A DNA stretch of 55,279 nt from Myxococcota bacterium (GTDB lineage: Bacteria > Myxococcota_A > Bradymonadia > UBA7976 > UBA1532), in NCBI GenBank assembly GCA_036337435.1, contig JAYZEG010000004.1, forward strand, positions 1-55,279, given 5' to 3'. The notes under the pieces are model-generated. The model saw only the letters and a list, made by a program, of their open reading frames with translations. It did not search any database and was not told the origin of the DNA. The translations under genes and the position numbers were made by a program. Below, piece after piece: positions 17,967-29,144 of this stretch (positions are counted from its first letter, which is position 1; every line of letters begins with the position of its first letter).

Positions 17967-20857
17967 TATTTGTCTTCCTTGCTGTCTTCGTCTTTAGAAA
18001 TTGTGGTCTCGGGTTCGGAAATCGTCTCAGCTTTCTCTTGCGCCGATGTATCGTCATTGGTGTCCGCCATGAGGGCATCGTTGTCCGGCTCAGACGTGGC
18101 CTGAATGGGTTCATCCAGTCCCACGGTCCGCTCTTGGATAGGCTCGATTTCATCGGTCTCATGAAGCTCGGACTCGTCTTTAATGTTCGGTTCAATGGAG
18201 CTGATCCAACCCCCATGAGCGCGTCGCATGAGACCGTCAACAAAAATATGGTCTGCACTCTCAGATAAGTTCACGATGCGGGTGAAAACGTGAGCTTGAT
18301 AGCCGCCAAGTTGGGCGAAAAGTCCATTTTCGGTCAGTTCGCGTCCGGTTCGGAGCAACCAAGCCTGTTGCCGAAGGTCCCAAAGGCCGTACACCGTGTC
18401 GTCGGCTCGCTCTATACCCATGGACTGAGCCAATGTTCGATGTTCGAGTATCGGAGCATCGCTATCGCCTACGTTGATTGCTGTCGATGACTTGATCCAA
18501 CCCGATGTCGAATCATAGCCATTGTTGTAGAGAACGAGACTGTATTCCCCTGTGAGTTTGCTCTTGTTGGCAAATGCGAAAACGTTTTCATTGACATCAT
18601 CGCCCACCCAGAAATCAAAAAGGACGAAATTTTCAACGCCACAGAACAAGTGTCGATCTCGCAGAAGGGGAAATATAACCCGTTCGTGGTGCTCCATCAA
18701 TCCATGGTCAGGTTGTTCATTACGATAAGCTCGGGTGTATTCCATCCCGTACTTCTCCGAGAAACCCTCGATTTGACCGTGGCCGAACATGGGCAGGCCC
18801 GGCAATGTCGCCATCATTGTGGCAATGCCAAAATATTTATCACCCTTACCGAATTGCTCGACTGCTGTCTCCTCATCAGGGTTGTTCATGAAGTTGACGT
18901 AACGCTCGAGAATGGCAGGACTGTATTCCAGCACGCCTTTAATCCCAGACCGATACCCAGCATTATCTTCATCGCGTAGCATGTGCATGAACGCAGAGTT
19001 GTAGACGCGGTGCATACCGAGGGTCCGTACAAAGTAACCCTCCATCATCCAGAACGCTTCGGCTAAAAGGAGCGTATCGGGGACTTCTTGACGGACTCGC
19101 TCAACGACTTCACGCCAGAATTCGCCGGGGACTAAACGGTCGAAGACCTCCTGAGGCACGCTGTTTTCCGCCCGGGATGGAATCGCCCCACCATGTCCCG
19201 GAGGTGGATACCAGAGACGAGCAATATGTTTTCTCGCCAAGGTCATAGCGGCATCAAATCGAATCACCGGAAAGTTACGGGCAACCTCCAGGATGGTTTG
19301 GATGACCGCTTCTCTGACCACAGGCTTCAGATAATCGAGCTGGGCGGTATCATTCCAAGGCATCTGGGTTCCGTCGTTTCCGTGATAAACGTAGCGCGTT
19401 GACCCATCAGTGTGGTTGACGCACTTGAATACAACAGCCGCATCGGTCTGATCCCAATAACCATCTTCCAAATAAATTTCGAGTCGGTCATCGCCAGACA
19501 CATTTGGTCCGTTGAAGCTATATCCGGGGTACGGAGCGTAGGGCAGTTGCAGGAACCAATCTGGATGCTCCACCATCCAATCGCTGTCCATACCCATGTG
19601 ATTTGGCACCATGTCTGCAGCCAGGCGGAGACCCTGTTGGGCTGCCCTCGACCGAAGTGTATCAAGAGCTGATTGACCGCCCAGTTTGTCTGCGATTCGA
19701 TATCCCTTCAAGGCGTAGGCGGATGCCGCTGCTTCAGGATTTCCATTTTTAACTTTGATTGCTCGACTGGCGTCGCTGCGTTCCCAGAGTCCGATCAACC
19801 ACAGACCGCTAAAACCCTTATCTGCGAGGCGAACCAATTCTTCATCGGGGATTTCATCAAGCCGCTGGATCGGGCGCTGATATTGGGCACTGAGTTGGTC
19901 AAGCCACACATAGGTTTGCTTCGCGATCATGACCAGACGAGGCATCCAATCCGCATCATCGGAAAACTGTGCCTTTTCATCGACGTATCCCGCTGTCTCC
20001 GATGTGGCATAGTGACCCATCAATTGGTCACCACTCAGAGCACCAAAACTCGTTTCGAGCTTGGCCATTTCCGCCCGTCCACTGCCACCCATTCTCATTT
20101 GATAAATCTCAGCTGCGACGTCTTTAGAAAGCAAGTAGAGCTCTCGGACTTCATCCGTAATGAAGTCGTCCCAATTGTCCATAATCCATTCGAGTTGTGC
20201 TTCCAAATCGTCGGGAGCAGCATTCGATGGCCCTTGTAACGCGATGGAGCAGTGTGCCCTGAGGCATTTGATAATCGGTCCGGTGGTCTCAACTTGTTTG
20301 AAAAGTTGTGTTGCGTCGGTCAGCGACCCATCATTTCGCCATTCGGTCACACCGAGCGGCAAAGCCAGTGTTGTGTTGAGCGCACCATTCTTGCTCATTA
20401 CATCGAGGATGAGAGCCGTTTGGTAGTCGCTGTAGTCAACGGGGACACAGAACTGAGACGGCAGACCAGCGAACGAATCTGTGCAGTCTGCTGTTCGTAA
20501 GGCTGTGTCAAAATAGTCTGGTTGCTCTTTGCGGCTAATTGAGATGATGTCCCGATAGGCGAGCTGCAGAGCAGCCATTCGGAGAACGGTGCAAGAGTCA
20601 ATGTTGCCGTCCACCAAATGATTGATGGCGTCTGCCAGTTGGCCCCAGCCACGACCTGCTCCCGACCCCTTAGACTCAGTGCTGAGTAACGTACTTAGAA
20701 TAATGCGACTCGCCGGTGAGCGGGCTTCTGTATTGAGATTCGAGGTAGGTTGCATAGCTGTTACCGGTACTTCATTTTCCGTTGACCCAGTAGGGCCTTC
20801 TCTCATGTTCATATCTAACATATTCTCGCTTAATTGAGACCCAGAATAGGCCTTCAT
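17966..20857 (-). CDS. Alpha-amylase family (GH13) glycosyl hydrolase
   Basis: DMVPNH, IRFDAAMT, LAEAFW, NNPDE catalytic motifs; stop overlaps the next start (TAATG at 17966). Start uncertain. Confidence 0.85.
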   Translation of the reverse strand: MKAYSGSQLSENMLDMNMREGPTGSTENEVPVTAMQPTSNLNTEARSPASRIILSTLLSTESKGSGAGRGWGQLADAINHLVDGNIDSCTVLRMAALQLAYRDIISISRKEQPDYFDTALRTADCTDSFAGLPSQFCVPVDYSDYQTALILDVMSKNGALNTTLALPLGVTEWRNDGSLTDATQLFKQVETTGPIIKCLRAHCSIALQGPSNAAPDDLEAQLEWIMDNWDDFITDEVRELYLLSKDVAAEIYQMRMGGSGRAEMAKLETSFGALSGDQLMGHYATSETAGYVDEKAQFSDDADWMPRLVMIAKQTYVWLDQLSAQYQRPIQRLDEIPDEELVRLADKGFSGLWLIGLWERSDASRAIKVKNGNPEAAASAYALKGYRIADKLGGQSALDTLRSRAAQQGLRLAADMVPNHMGMDSDWMVEHPDWFLQLPYAPYPGYSFNGPNVSGDDRLEIYLEDGYWDQTDAAVVFKCVNHTDGSTRYVYHGNDGTQMPWNDTAQLDYLKPVVREAVIQTILEVARNFPVIRFDAAMTLARKHIARLWYPPPGHGGAIPSRAENSVPQEVFDRLVPGEFWREVVERVRQEVPDTLLLAEAFWMMEGYFVRTLGMHRVYNSAFMHMLRDEDNAGYRSGIKGVLEYSPAILERYVNFMNNPDEETAVEQFGKGDKYFGIATMMATLPGLPMFGHGQIEGFSEKYGMEYTRAYRNEQPDHGLMEHHERVIFPLLRDRHLFCGVENFVLFDFWVGDDVNENVFAFANKSKLTGEYSLVLYNNGYDSTSGWIKSSTAINVGDSDAPILEHRTLAQSMGIERADDTVYGLWDLRQQAWLLRTGRELTENGLFAQLGGYQAHVFTRIVNLSESADHIFVDGLMRRAHGGWISSIEPNIKDESELHETDEIEPIQERTVGLDEPIQATSEPDNDALMADTNDDTSAQEKAETISEPETTISKDEDSKEDK

Positions 20858-21251
20858 TTTCGCTGTCCACAGCCGATTTGTAATTAGTAACTCTTTTTAG
20901 AGTGACGCTTTCCCACCAGGATCTACATGATCGAGGAAAAGAAGTCGATTAGATTCGTCCTTTTTTTGTTGAGACGTTTGCAATTAACGCCAATATAAAG
21001 ATGCGAGTGGCATCGAATGATCGCCAGCTCACGTTTGGCTGCTAAGAGCGGATTCGGACCTTTTCATCTCGGCTCTTTTACACGCCCACCGATCCCGGGC
21101 TGCGTGGCGGGTCAGTCGGGGACGTTTTGAATCAAATGGACGCCGAATCACGCGACGACAGAGGGTCAGCTCATCTGAGATGGGCCTGTTTTTTTGATGC
21201 TTGAGTCTCATCGCTGGCAAAACCAGCGAGGGCACCCAGCCAAGCGAGCCA

Positions 21252-23567
<2,316 letters not shown>

Positions 23568-23819
23568 TCACTGAGTATGACAGGAGTCGCTCGCCACATG
23601 TCTACCAAAGATCGCAGGCGGTAGTGTACTGATTTCTTTTGCAGGACCGATCGGACGCTCACCGATTGGCGAATCTAATTCCCATGTGAGGTCGCTTCTG
23701 AGCCAATGCCTTACGTTCCCGCGCCGTGTGTCTTCGAATCCCATGACCCAAGTTTTTCTCTAAACTTGCAGATTTTACCTATCAGCAAATAAGATATTGG
23801 CATCGGTTAGGGGAATAGC

Positions 23820-24665
23820 ATGTCACTCAAAAAACGAATGTATGAACTGATCGCAGAGCCACCGCCCGGCGATAAGCTGGCTCGATTTATTAATGGCTCT
23901 ATCTTGGCTCTCATCGCCATCAACGTTGTCGTTGGCATTATTGAGACGGTCAAGCCGATCGAGCAGGCCTACACAGAATTCTTTTATTACTTCGAGTTCA
24001 TCTCTGTGATGGTCTTTTCTGTCGAGTATGTTCTCCGGCTGTGGAGCTGTACAGTAGACGAACGATATCGTGGGGCTTTGTCTGGGCGATTCAAAATGGC
24101 GATGACGCCCATGGCGATCATCGACTTGTTGGCTGTCTTGCCTTTTTACTTGGCGACGTTTATGGCCATTGACCTTCGTTTTGTCCGCGTGCTCAGGCTT
24201 GTGCGGCTCTTTCGCTTGTTTCGTGCGGGTAGACTGGCATCAGCATTTCGCATGCTCGCGAAGGTGATCAGAAGCAAACGAGAAGAATTGGGCTTGTGCA
24301 TTCTGATTCTTTTACTCGTCTTGGTATTCTCATCGAGCGTGATGTTTTTGATCGAAGGTCAAGAGCCAGACACTCAGTTTACGAGCGTGCCGGCGACGAT
24401 GTGGTGGGGGATGATGACCATCACGACAATTGGCTATGGTGATATGTATCCGGTCACGGCACTTGGACGAATCTTCGGTTCGGTTGTCGGTTTTCTGGGG
24501 ATCTGTGTATTCGCTTTGCCTGTCGGTGTTCTCGCGTCTGGATTCTCTGATGAGCTGGACCGAGCTCGAAATGAAGCAAACCAAGATGAAGCTGACAAGA
24601 CAGACACAGATGTTAAAAAGTGTGAAACTTGTCCACACTGTGGTGCGTCGATTCAAAAAGGCTGA
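23820..24665 (+). CDS. Voltage-gated potassium channel-like ion transporter (6TM)
   Basis: S4 segment RFVRVLRLVRLFRLFR, selectivity filter TTIGYGD, C-terminal CPHC. Confidence 0.93.
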   Translation: MSLKKRMYELIAEPPPGDKLARFINGSILALIAINVVVGIIETVKPIEQAYTEFFYYFEFISVMVFSVEYVLRLWSCTVDERYRGALSGRFKMAMTPMAIIDLLAVLPFYLATFMAIDLRFVRVLRLVRLFRLFRAGRLASAFRMLAKVIRSKREELGLCILILLLVLVFSSSVMFLIEGQEPDTQFTSVPATMWWGMMTITTIGYGDMYPVTALGRIFGSVVGFLGICVFALPVGVLASGFSDELDRARNEANQDEADKTDTDVKKCETCPHCGASIQKG

Positions 24666-24756
24666 CCAAACACCGAATGGCCGTTGGCTAAATTGGACGC
24701 AATTTCGGTTTTGTCGGTAAATTTAAATCCCACAGACTCGCTTCAAAGTAGGAACC

Positions 24757-25488
24757 ATGTTTCATAACTTTCCACGGAAACGCGCACTGCTCGCATCATT
24801 GCTTGTGCTCTCAACACTCTTCGGATGCGTTCCTAAAAAACTGGGGAATGGGGTCAAAGAAACCAGGACATACGAATTTGGACCCATCGACCAGGTGGAA
24901 ATTTCTGGGGATTGGACGGTCTTCGCCGAAGGCGGAGTAACGGATGGTGCACAGCGCATCATGTTAAAGACCGACGGAAACTTACTCGATTTGGTGGAAC
25001 TCACTGTTGTGGGCAGCCGACTCGTGGTGGCTGTCAAAGAGCCCATCAATCCTCGGTCTGGGTTAGAGCTTCATTTGCGGCTCGCGAAACTAGCGGCCTT
25101 TTCCAGCGCAGGTGCTGTAAAGAGCCAGCTCAACTTCTCTGACCTGGGGGGACGACTTCAGACCGCTGGACTCAGTCGGGTCGACGCAAAAGTGCTCGAT
25201 GGTGAGTTGGTTATCGACGCACGGGGCGCAAGTCGAGTAAAACTCGATGGACAGGCAAAAAGCTTGTCCATTCAGGCGGAAAGTGCCAGTCGTATCAATG
25301 CGGTCGACGCACAGGCCGACCAGGCGGACATCCGCGCGAGTGATGCGTCTCGAGTTGTCGTCAATGTCAAGCGCGAGCTCTCGATCACAGCTGTCGGCGC
25401 GTCCAACGTATCCTACGACGTGCGCCGTCATAAACCCGCAGTAAAAGCCACGTCGACGGGCTCCTCGCAGATCATGCAAATCAAGTAG
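24757..25488 (+). CDS. GIN-domain (DUF2807, putative auto-transporter adhesin head) lipoprotein
   Basis: Lipobox LFGC, GNG...ETR, DGNLL, repeated xGASxV beta-helix units. Confidence 0.8.
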   Translation: MFHNFPRKRALLASLLVLSTLFGCVPKKLGNGVKETRTYEFGPIDQVEISGDWTVFAEGGVTDGAQRIMLKTDGNLLDLVELTVVGSRLVVAVKEPINPRSGLELHLRLAKLAAFSSAGAVKSQLNFSDLGGRLQTAGLSRVDAKVLDGELVIDARGASRVKLDGQAKSLSIQAESASRINAVDAQADQADIRASDASRVVVNVKRELSITAVGASNVSYDVRRHKPAVKATSTGSSQIMQIK

Positions 25489-25493
25489 GGGAT

Positions 25494-28400
25494 TCAATCC
25501 CCGTTTTGAGGTTGAGTCGGCCGCAAGCCTGCGGGCCACTGTGTCGCCGCTCCCTTACCAAATGAGTTCGTCGGCGTTGCTCTCAGGGCGTCAGGAATGC
25601 CGTCCTCGGCACTCGCTGTGGCTTTCTTTTGCTTCCTCATGTTCTCCGTGAGCCGTTTGAGTAACTCTGGGTTCTTTTCTCTCGCGAACTCAACTTGTTC
25701 GGCCGCCTTTTCAATTTCACCGGCGGTCGAGTAAGCACGCGCTAAACTCAGATGGGCATTTGCTGTCGCATCTAGGTCGATGACCTCTTGAAAATAGCGG
25801 ATCGCCTCGTCAGTCTTTTCATTCATGAGAAGTGCTTGACCCAGAGCCGACAGGACAGTTGCCGTACCTGGGACCAACGAATCCGCCTTTTCAAAAGCAG
25901 AGACCGCGCCGGGCCAATTTTTTTCCTGTGCATCTAATTGTCCAAGTCGCCACCACGCAATGGCGGAATTCGAATTCATCCTCAGCGCTTCTCCCAGGTG
26001 TTGCCTTACACGTCCAAACTGACTCTGTGCACCTGCGATCATTGCCATATCAAGATGGTCTTGTGCCGTTGGTCGACCAGTGTCCAGGGCCATCTTAATG
26101 TCTCTGGACCTGACAGGTCGGCGAAATGCTCGTTTTAGGCGCCCGCGGCCATCGAATATGAAGGTGGCTGGTAACGTAACCCGCTTCTTTTTGCCGAAGA
26201 GGCGCACGGCCAATACTTTGTCGAGGCTGGCGATAGCGAAGGGCGTGGGGCGGTCCATGGTCAGCCCACTCTTCCCAGGGCCACCAACGATTCCGATGAC
26301 TTCAATTCGGTTTTTAAACTCTGAATTGAGCGCCTCAAGCATTCGTAATTCGACTGTTTGGCGACTGGCTGCTGCTGAAAAAAGATGTACGATTTGTGGA
26401 CGACCGTTGCTCGCGGGAACCTTGTGCATGGTCCCGCGGACGCTTTTAAAGTCAGTGGGCAAAATCGCGCGTTCGATGTCTCTTGGGCGCGTTCCGACAG
26501 GCCAAAGACCGCTGGGTCTGGTCTTAGGGGCTTGACCCTCTACAATGTCTACGCGCCCAGAAAGTCCGGAGAATTCAGCTGTTTTACCCGAGGGCCAAAC
26601 GACCTTTACGGACACTTTTTTCGGAGACCGTCCAAGGCCGAACAGCAAACCCGATTTACGTTGCCCCATCACGCCGTTGGTCAGACGTACATGTTGTGTC
26701 CGCGTGCGATTGCCATCGACGGTAACGTGAACTTTCGCACCGTAGGCAACGTGCTGTTGTTTGGTTCTGACAGTAATTTCGAGCCAGTCGGTCGTCTTCG
26801 GACGGAGCGTATTTTCGAAGAGCTTCAGCCCTTGGAGACTTAAAACCGCCAAGTCTTCATCGCCATCGCCATCAAAGTCAAGCGCCACAGCCGCACGGCC
26901 ATCGGTCATTGATGCTAATCCCGATGTCTGCTCCAGCGGGATAAACCCGTCGCTCTGGCCGAGAAGGAACTCGTCAGGTTGATAACCGCCGAAACTGCCA
27001 ACGAACTTACCCGCCTCAGCGTCATCTTGCGTCATCTCTTTTTCGGTGTTGGATTCTTTTTCGTTCGTTGGCTTCGAATAGGTCTGGAGAGCGGATAAAA
27101 CGGCGCGCCAATAGTATGTGGCATAGTCAGGAGCCTTGGGATTGGAGTGACTCAAATTACCTGCCGGCAGCATCAGGTCCGGATACCCATCCAGGTTCGC
27201 ATCGATGACCGCCGCACCCGCAGTCCAACCTGAACCGCGCAATTTCAGTGTCCCACCAGTGTCGATATACTGACCTCTCGGATTCAGTTCCAGATATCGG
27301 TTGCCGACGGTCAGCCCATCCCAATCGCGCGCAGCAATCTTGTTTAACCGTCCGTGGGCGAGCGCAGCAAAGCGTCGGCCGATGGAGTCGTGATTACCGC
27401 CGACAAAGAGCCCAGTTCGTCCGCTTGACCCAAGGGAGACGAGAGAGAGGCCGTTCGTGTGGCCAAAAGTCGTTAGTCCTGATTGTATTTGCTTAAAATG
27501 TCCCGTGCCATCGTTTTCAAAGTGGCTGTTTCTGCCAAAATCATTGCTTTGGTACAAGTCGATATCCCCATCGCCGTCAAGGTCATGGGCCAGCGTCATT
27601 CGCGTAAATTTGGTTTCTGTCACGCCCCGCTCGAGGGCTTGCTCGTCAAATTTTAGTCCGCCTTGATTGACGAAGATGCGAGTTGGCATACCCGCGTCGC
27701 TTTCGTAGAGGTTAAAGCGTTCGGAGCGCGACTTGCTGTTTGAGTAGCCGCTGAAGATGAGATCGAGTCGACCATCTCCATTGAGGTCGGCTGCTTCAAT
27801 ATGGCCGTACAGGACGCGGCTGGGTAGCTGACATGGTGTTTTGAAACTCAGTGCCAGCGGCTTTGGCTCAAATCGTTGATTGCCTCGTGTGTAAAGTCCA
27901 AACTCCGCTCGGCCAAGGCGGCATGAGTCGATATTTGAGGACACAATTTCCGCGCGCCCATCGCCATCAAGATCGACGTAGATCTGAGCAAGACCGACCG
28001 CCTCTGAGGGCAGAATTCGCTCTAATCTATGAAATCCGCCGACCCCGTCATTCACCAAAATTTTAAGGGATCGACGCCAGCTCCATACCATGAGGTCGTC
28101 GCGGCCATTGTTATCGAAATCGATGGCTGCTAGCCCACCGATCTGATTGAGGGCACGCTGATCGACTTTCGATTGGATGACGCCGCGCGTCCGTTTCGCT
28201 TCTCCATTCTGAACCCCCAATTGGTCAGTCACATCTCTAAACAGGGGGTCTGCGGTATCAACGCGCGACATGTGGTCAATTCGGAAAGCGGCAATTGACA
28301 CATCACCATCGCTGAGTCTCGCCTGAAAGGTCGTGTCGAGAGTGACGGCTGACTCAACGCCCATCCTAAACGTACCGTTCAATTTGATTTGCCCACGGCC

Positions 28401-28904
28401 CCAGATTAAACCGTCATCGCTTATTTTAACGGCCACAGTTTTGGTTCGACATGCCCTCTGCTTTCCTTTGGGTAAATAACTGGCCAACGCTTTAAAAAAA
28501 GCGAAGCGGTCGAGTGTTTGTGCTGAGGGTCCGTAGTGGCGAATTGTGTAGCGACCGCCCATAATTTTACCGTCAACTGGACGGGCGACAAGCCAGCCTT
28601 TGAAATCTTTGGCGAGTTGAGGTACGAGCGTGTCGTAACGGGTGGCTCTCTGGGCGTCACATATGCGGCCCAAAACGCGGAATTCGGCGGCGTGCGCAGC
28701 GCTTTCCGATTGGCGGATGTCGTTGGAAAACTTGATGGGTTCGGCCAGCGACGGGGCAGAGCCTGGAGTGATGTCGTTCTGGTCAGTGCTCGGTGTAGTC
28801 GTTGTCTCGTCTTGTGCCATCGATGCGTCATTTCTGACAGTCGCCGGTTTTTGGGTACAGGCACTGAGGCTGGCAATTAAGGCACCAAGGAGAAGTTTCT
28901 TCAT
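25494..28904 (-). CDS. CRTAC1-like lipoprotein: FG-GAP repeats + ASPIC/UnbV + degenerate redoxin + TPR
   Basis: Lipobox LSAC; DFDNNGRDDL, DLNGDGRLDL and DLDGDGDIDL repeats; GAKVHV...LLFGLG...VVWPSG (ASPIC/UnbV); C-terminal TPRs. Confidence 0.85.
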   Translation of the reverse strand: MKKLLLGALIASLSACTQKPATVRNDASMAQDETTTTPSTDQNDITPGSAPSLAEPIKFSNDIRQSESAAHAAEFRVLGRICDAQRATRYDTLVPQLAKDFKGWLVARPVDGKIMGGRYTIRHYGPSAQTLDRFAFFKALASYLPKGKQRACRTKTVAVKISDDGLIWGRGQIKLNGTFRMGVESAVTLDTTFQARLSDGDVSIAAFRIDHMSRVDTADPLFRDVTDQLGVQNGEAKRTRGVIQSKVDQRALNQIGGLAAIDFDNNGRDDLMVWSWRRSLKILVNDGVGGFHRLERILPSEAVGLAQIYVDLDGDGRAEIVSSNIDSCRLGRAEFGLYTRGNQRFEPKPLALSFKTPCQLPSRVLYGHIEAADLNGDGRLDLIFSGYSNSKSRSERFNLYESDAGMPTRIFVNQGGLKFDEQALERGVTETKFTRMTLAHDLDGDGDIDLYQSNDFGRNSHFENDGTGHFKQIQSGLTTFGHTNGLSLVSLGSSGRTGLFVGGNHDSIGRRFAALAHGRLNKIAARDWDGLTVGNRYLELNPRGQYIDTGGTLKLRGSGWTAGAAVIDANLDGYPDLMLPAGNLSHSNPKAPDYATYYWRAVLSALQTYSKPTNEKESNTEKEMTQDDAEAGKFVGSFGGYQPDEFLLGQSDGFIPLEQTSGLASMTDGRAAVALDFDGDGDEDLAVLSLQGLKLFENTLRPKTTDWLEITVRTKQQHVAYGAKVHVTVDGNRTRTQHVRLTNGVMGQRKSGLLFGLGRSPKKVSVKVVWPSGKTAEFSGLSGRVDIVEGQAPKTRPSGLWPVGTRPRDIERAILPTDFKSVRGTMHKVPASNGRPQIVHLFSAAASRQTVELRMLEALNSEFKNRIEVIGIVGGPGKSGLTMDRPTPFAIASLDKVLAVRLFGKKKRVTLPATFIFDGRGRLKRAFRRPVRSRDIKMALDTGRPTAQDHLDMAMIAGAQSQFGRVRQHLGEALRMNSNSAIAWWRLGQLDAQEKNWPGAVSAFEKADSLVPGTATVLSALGQALLMNEKTDEAIRYFQEVIDLDATANAHLSLARAYSTAGEIEKAAEQVEFAREKNPELLKRLTENMRKQKKATASAEDGIPDALRATPTNSFGKGAATQWPAGLRPTQPQNGD

Positions 28905-29144
28905 CGATTTTCTTTACTTGTGACAGGCTTTCGCTTTCGAAGATAGAGATGAAATTGTGTTGGAACAAGTCACTCGTATAAACAAAATGTTATGCGAGCA
29001 CAGATTCTGTCCGAGTTGGTTTCGTTGAGACCCCACTGTTTGTGAATCGTGCCTGTTGAACAAAAAACGTGCCGGGACTGCACCTTTTGGCTGTTGGTTT
29101 CCAACTAATAGGTGCACATAGATATAGAGCTGGATGCAAAACAG

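Noticed and set aside
15729..18104. Several 220-230 aa alternative-frame ORFs inside the glucan fusion
   Set aside because: They overlap a well-supported gene and lack recognisable motifs.
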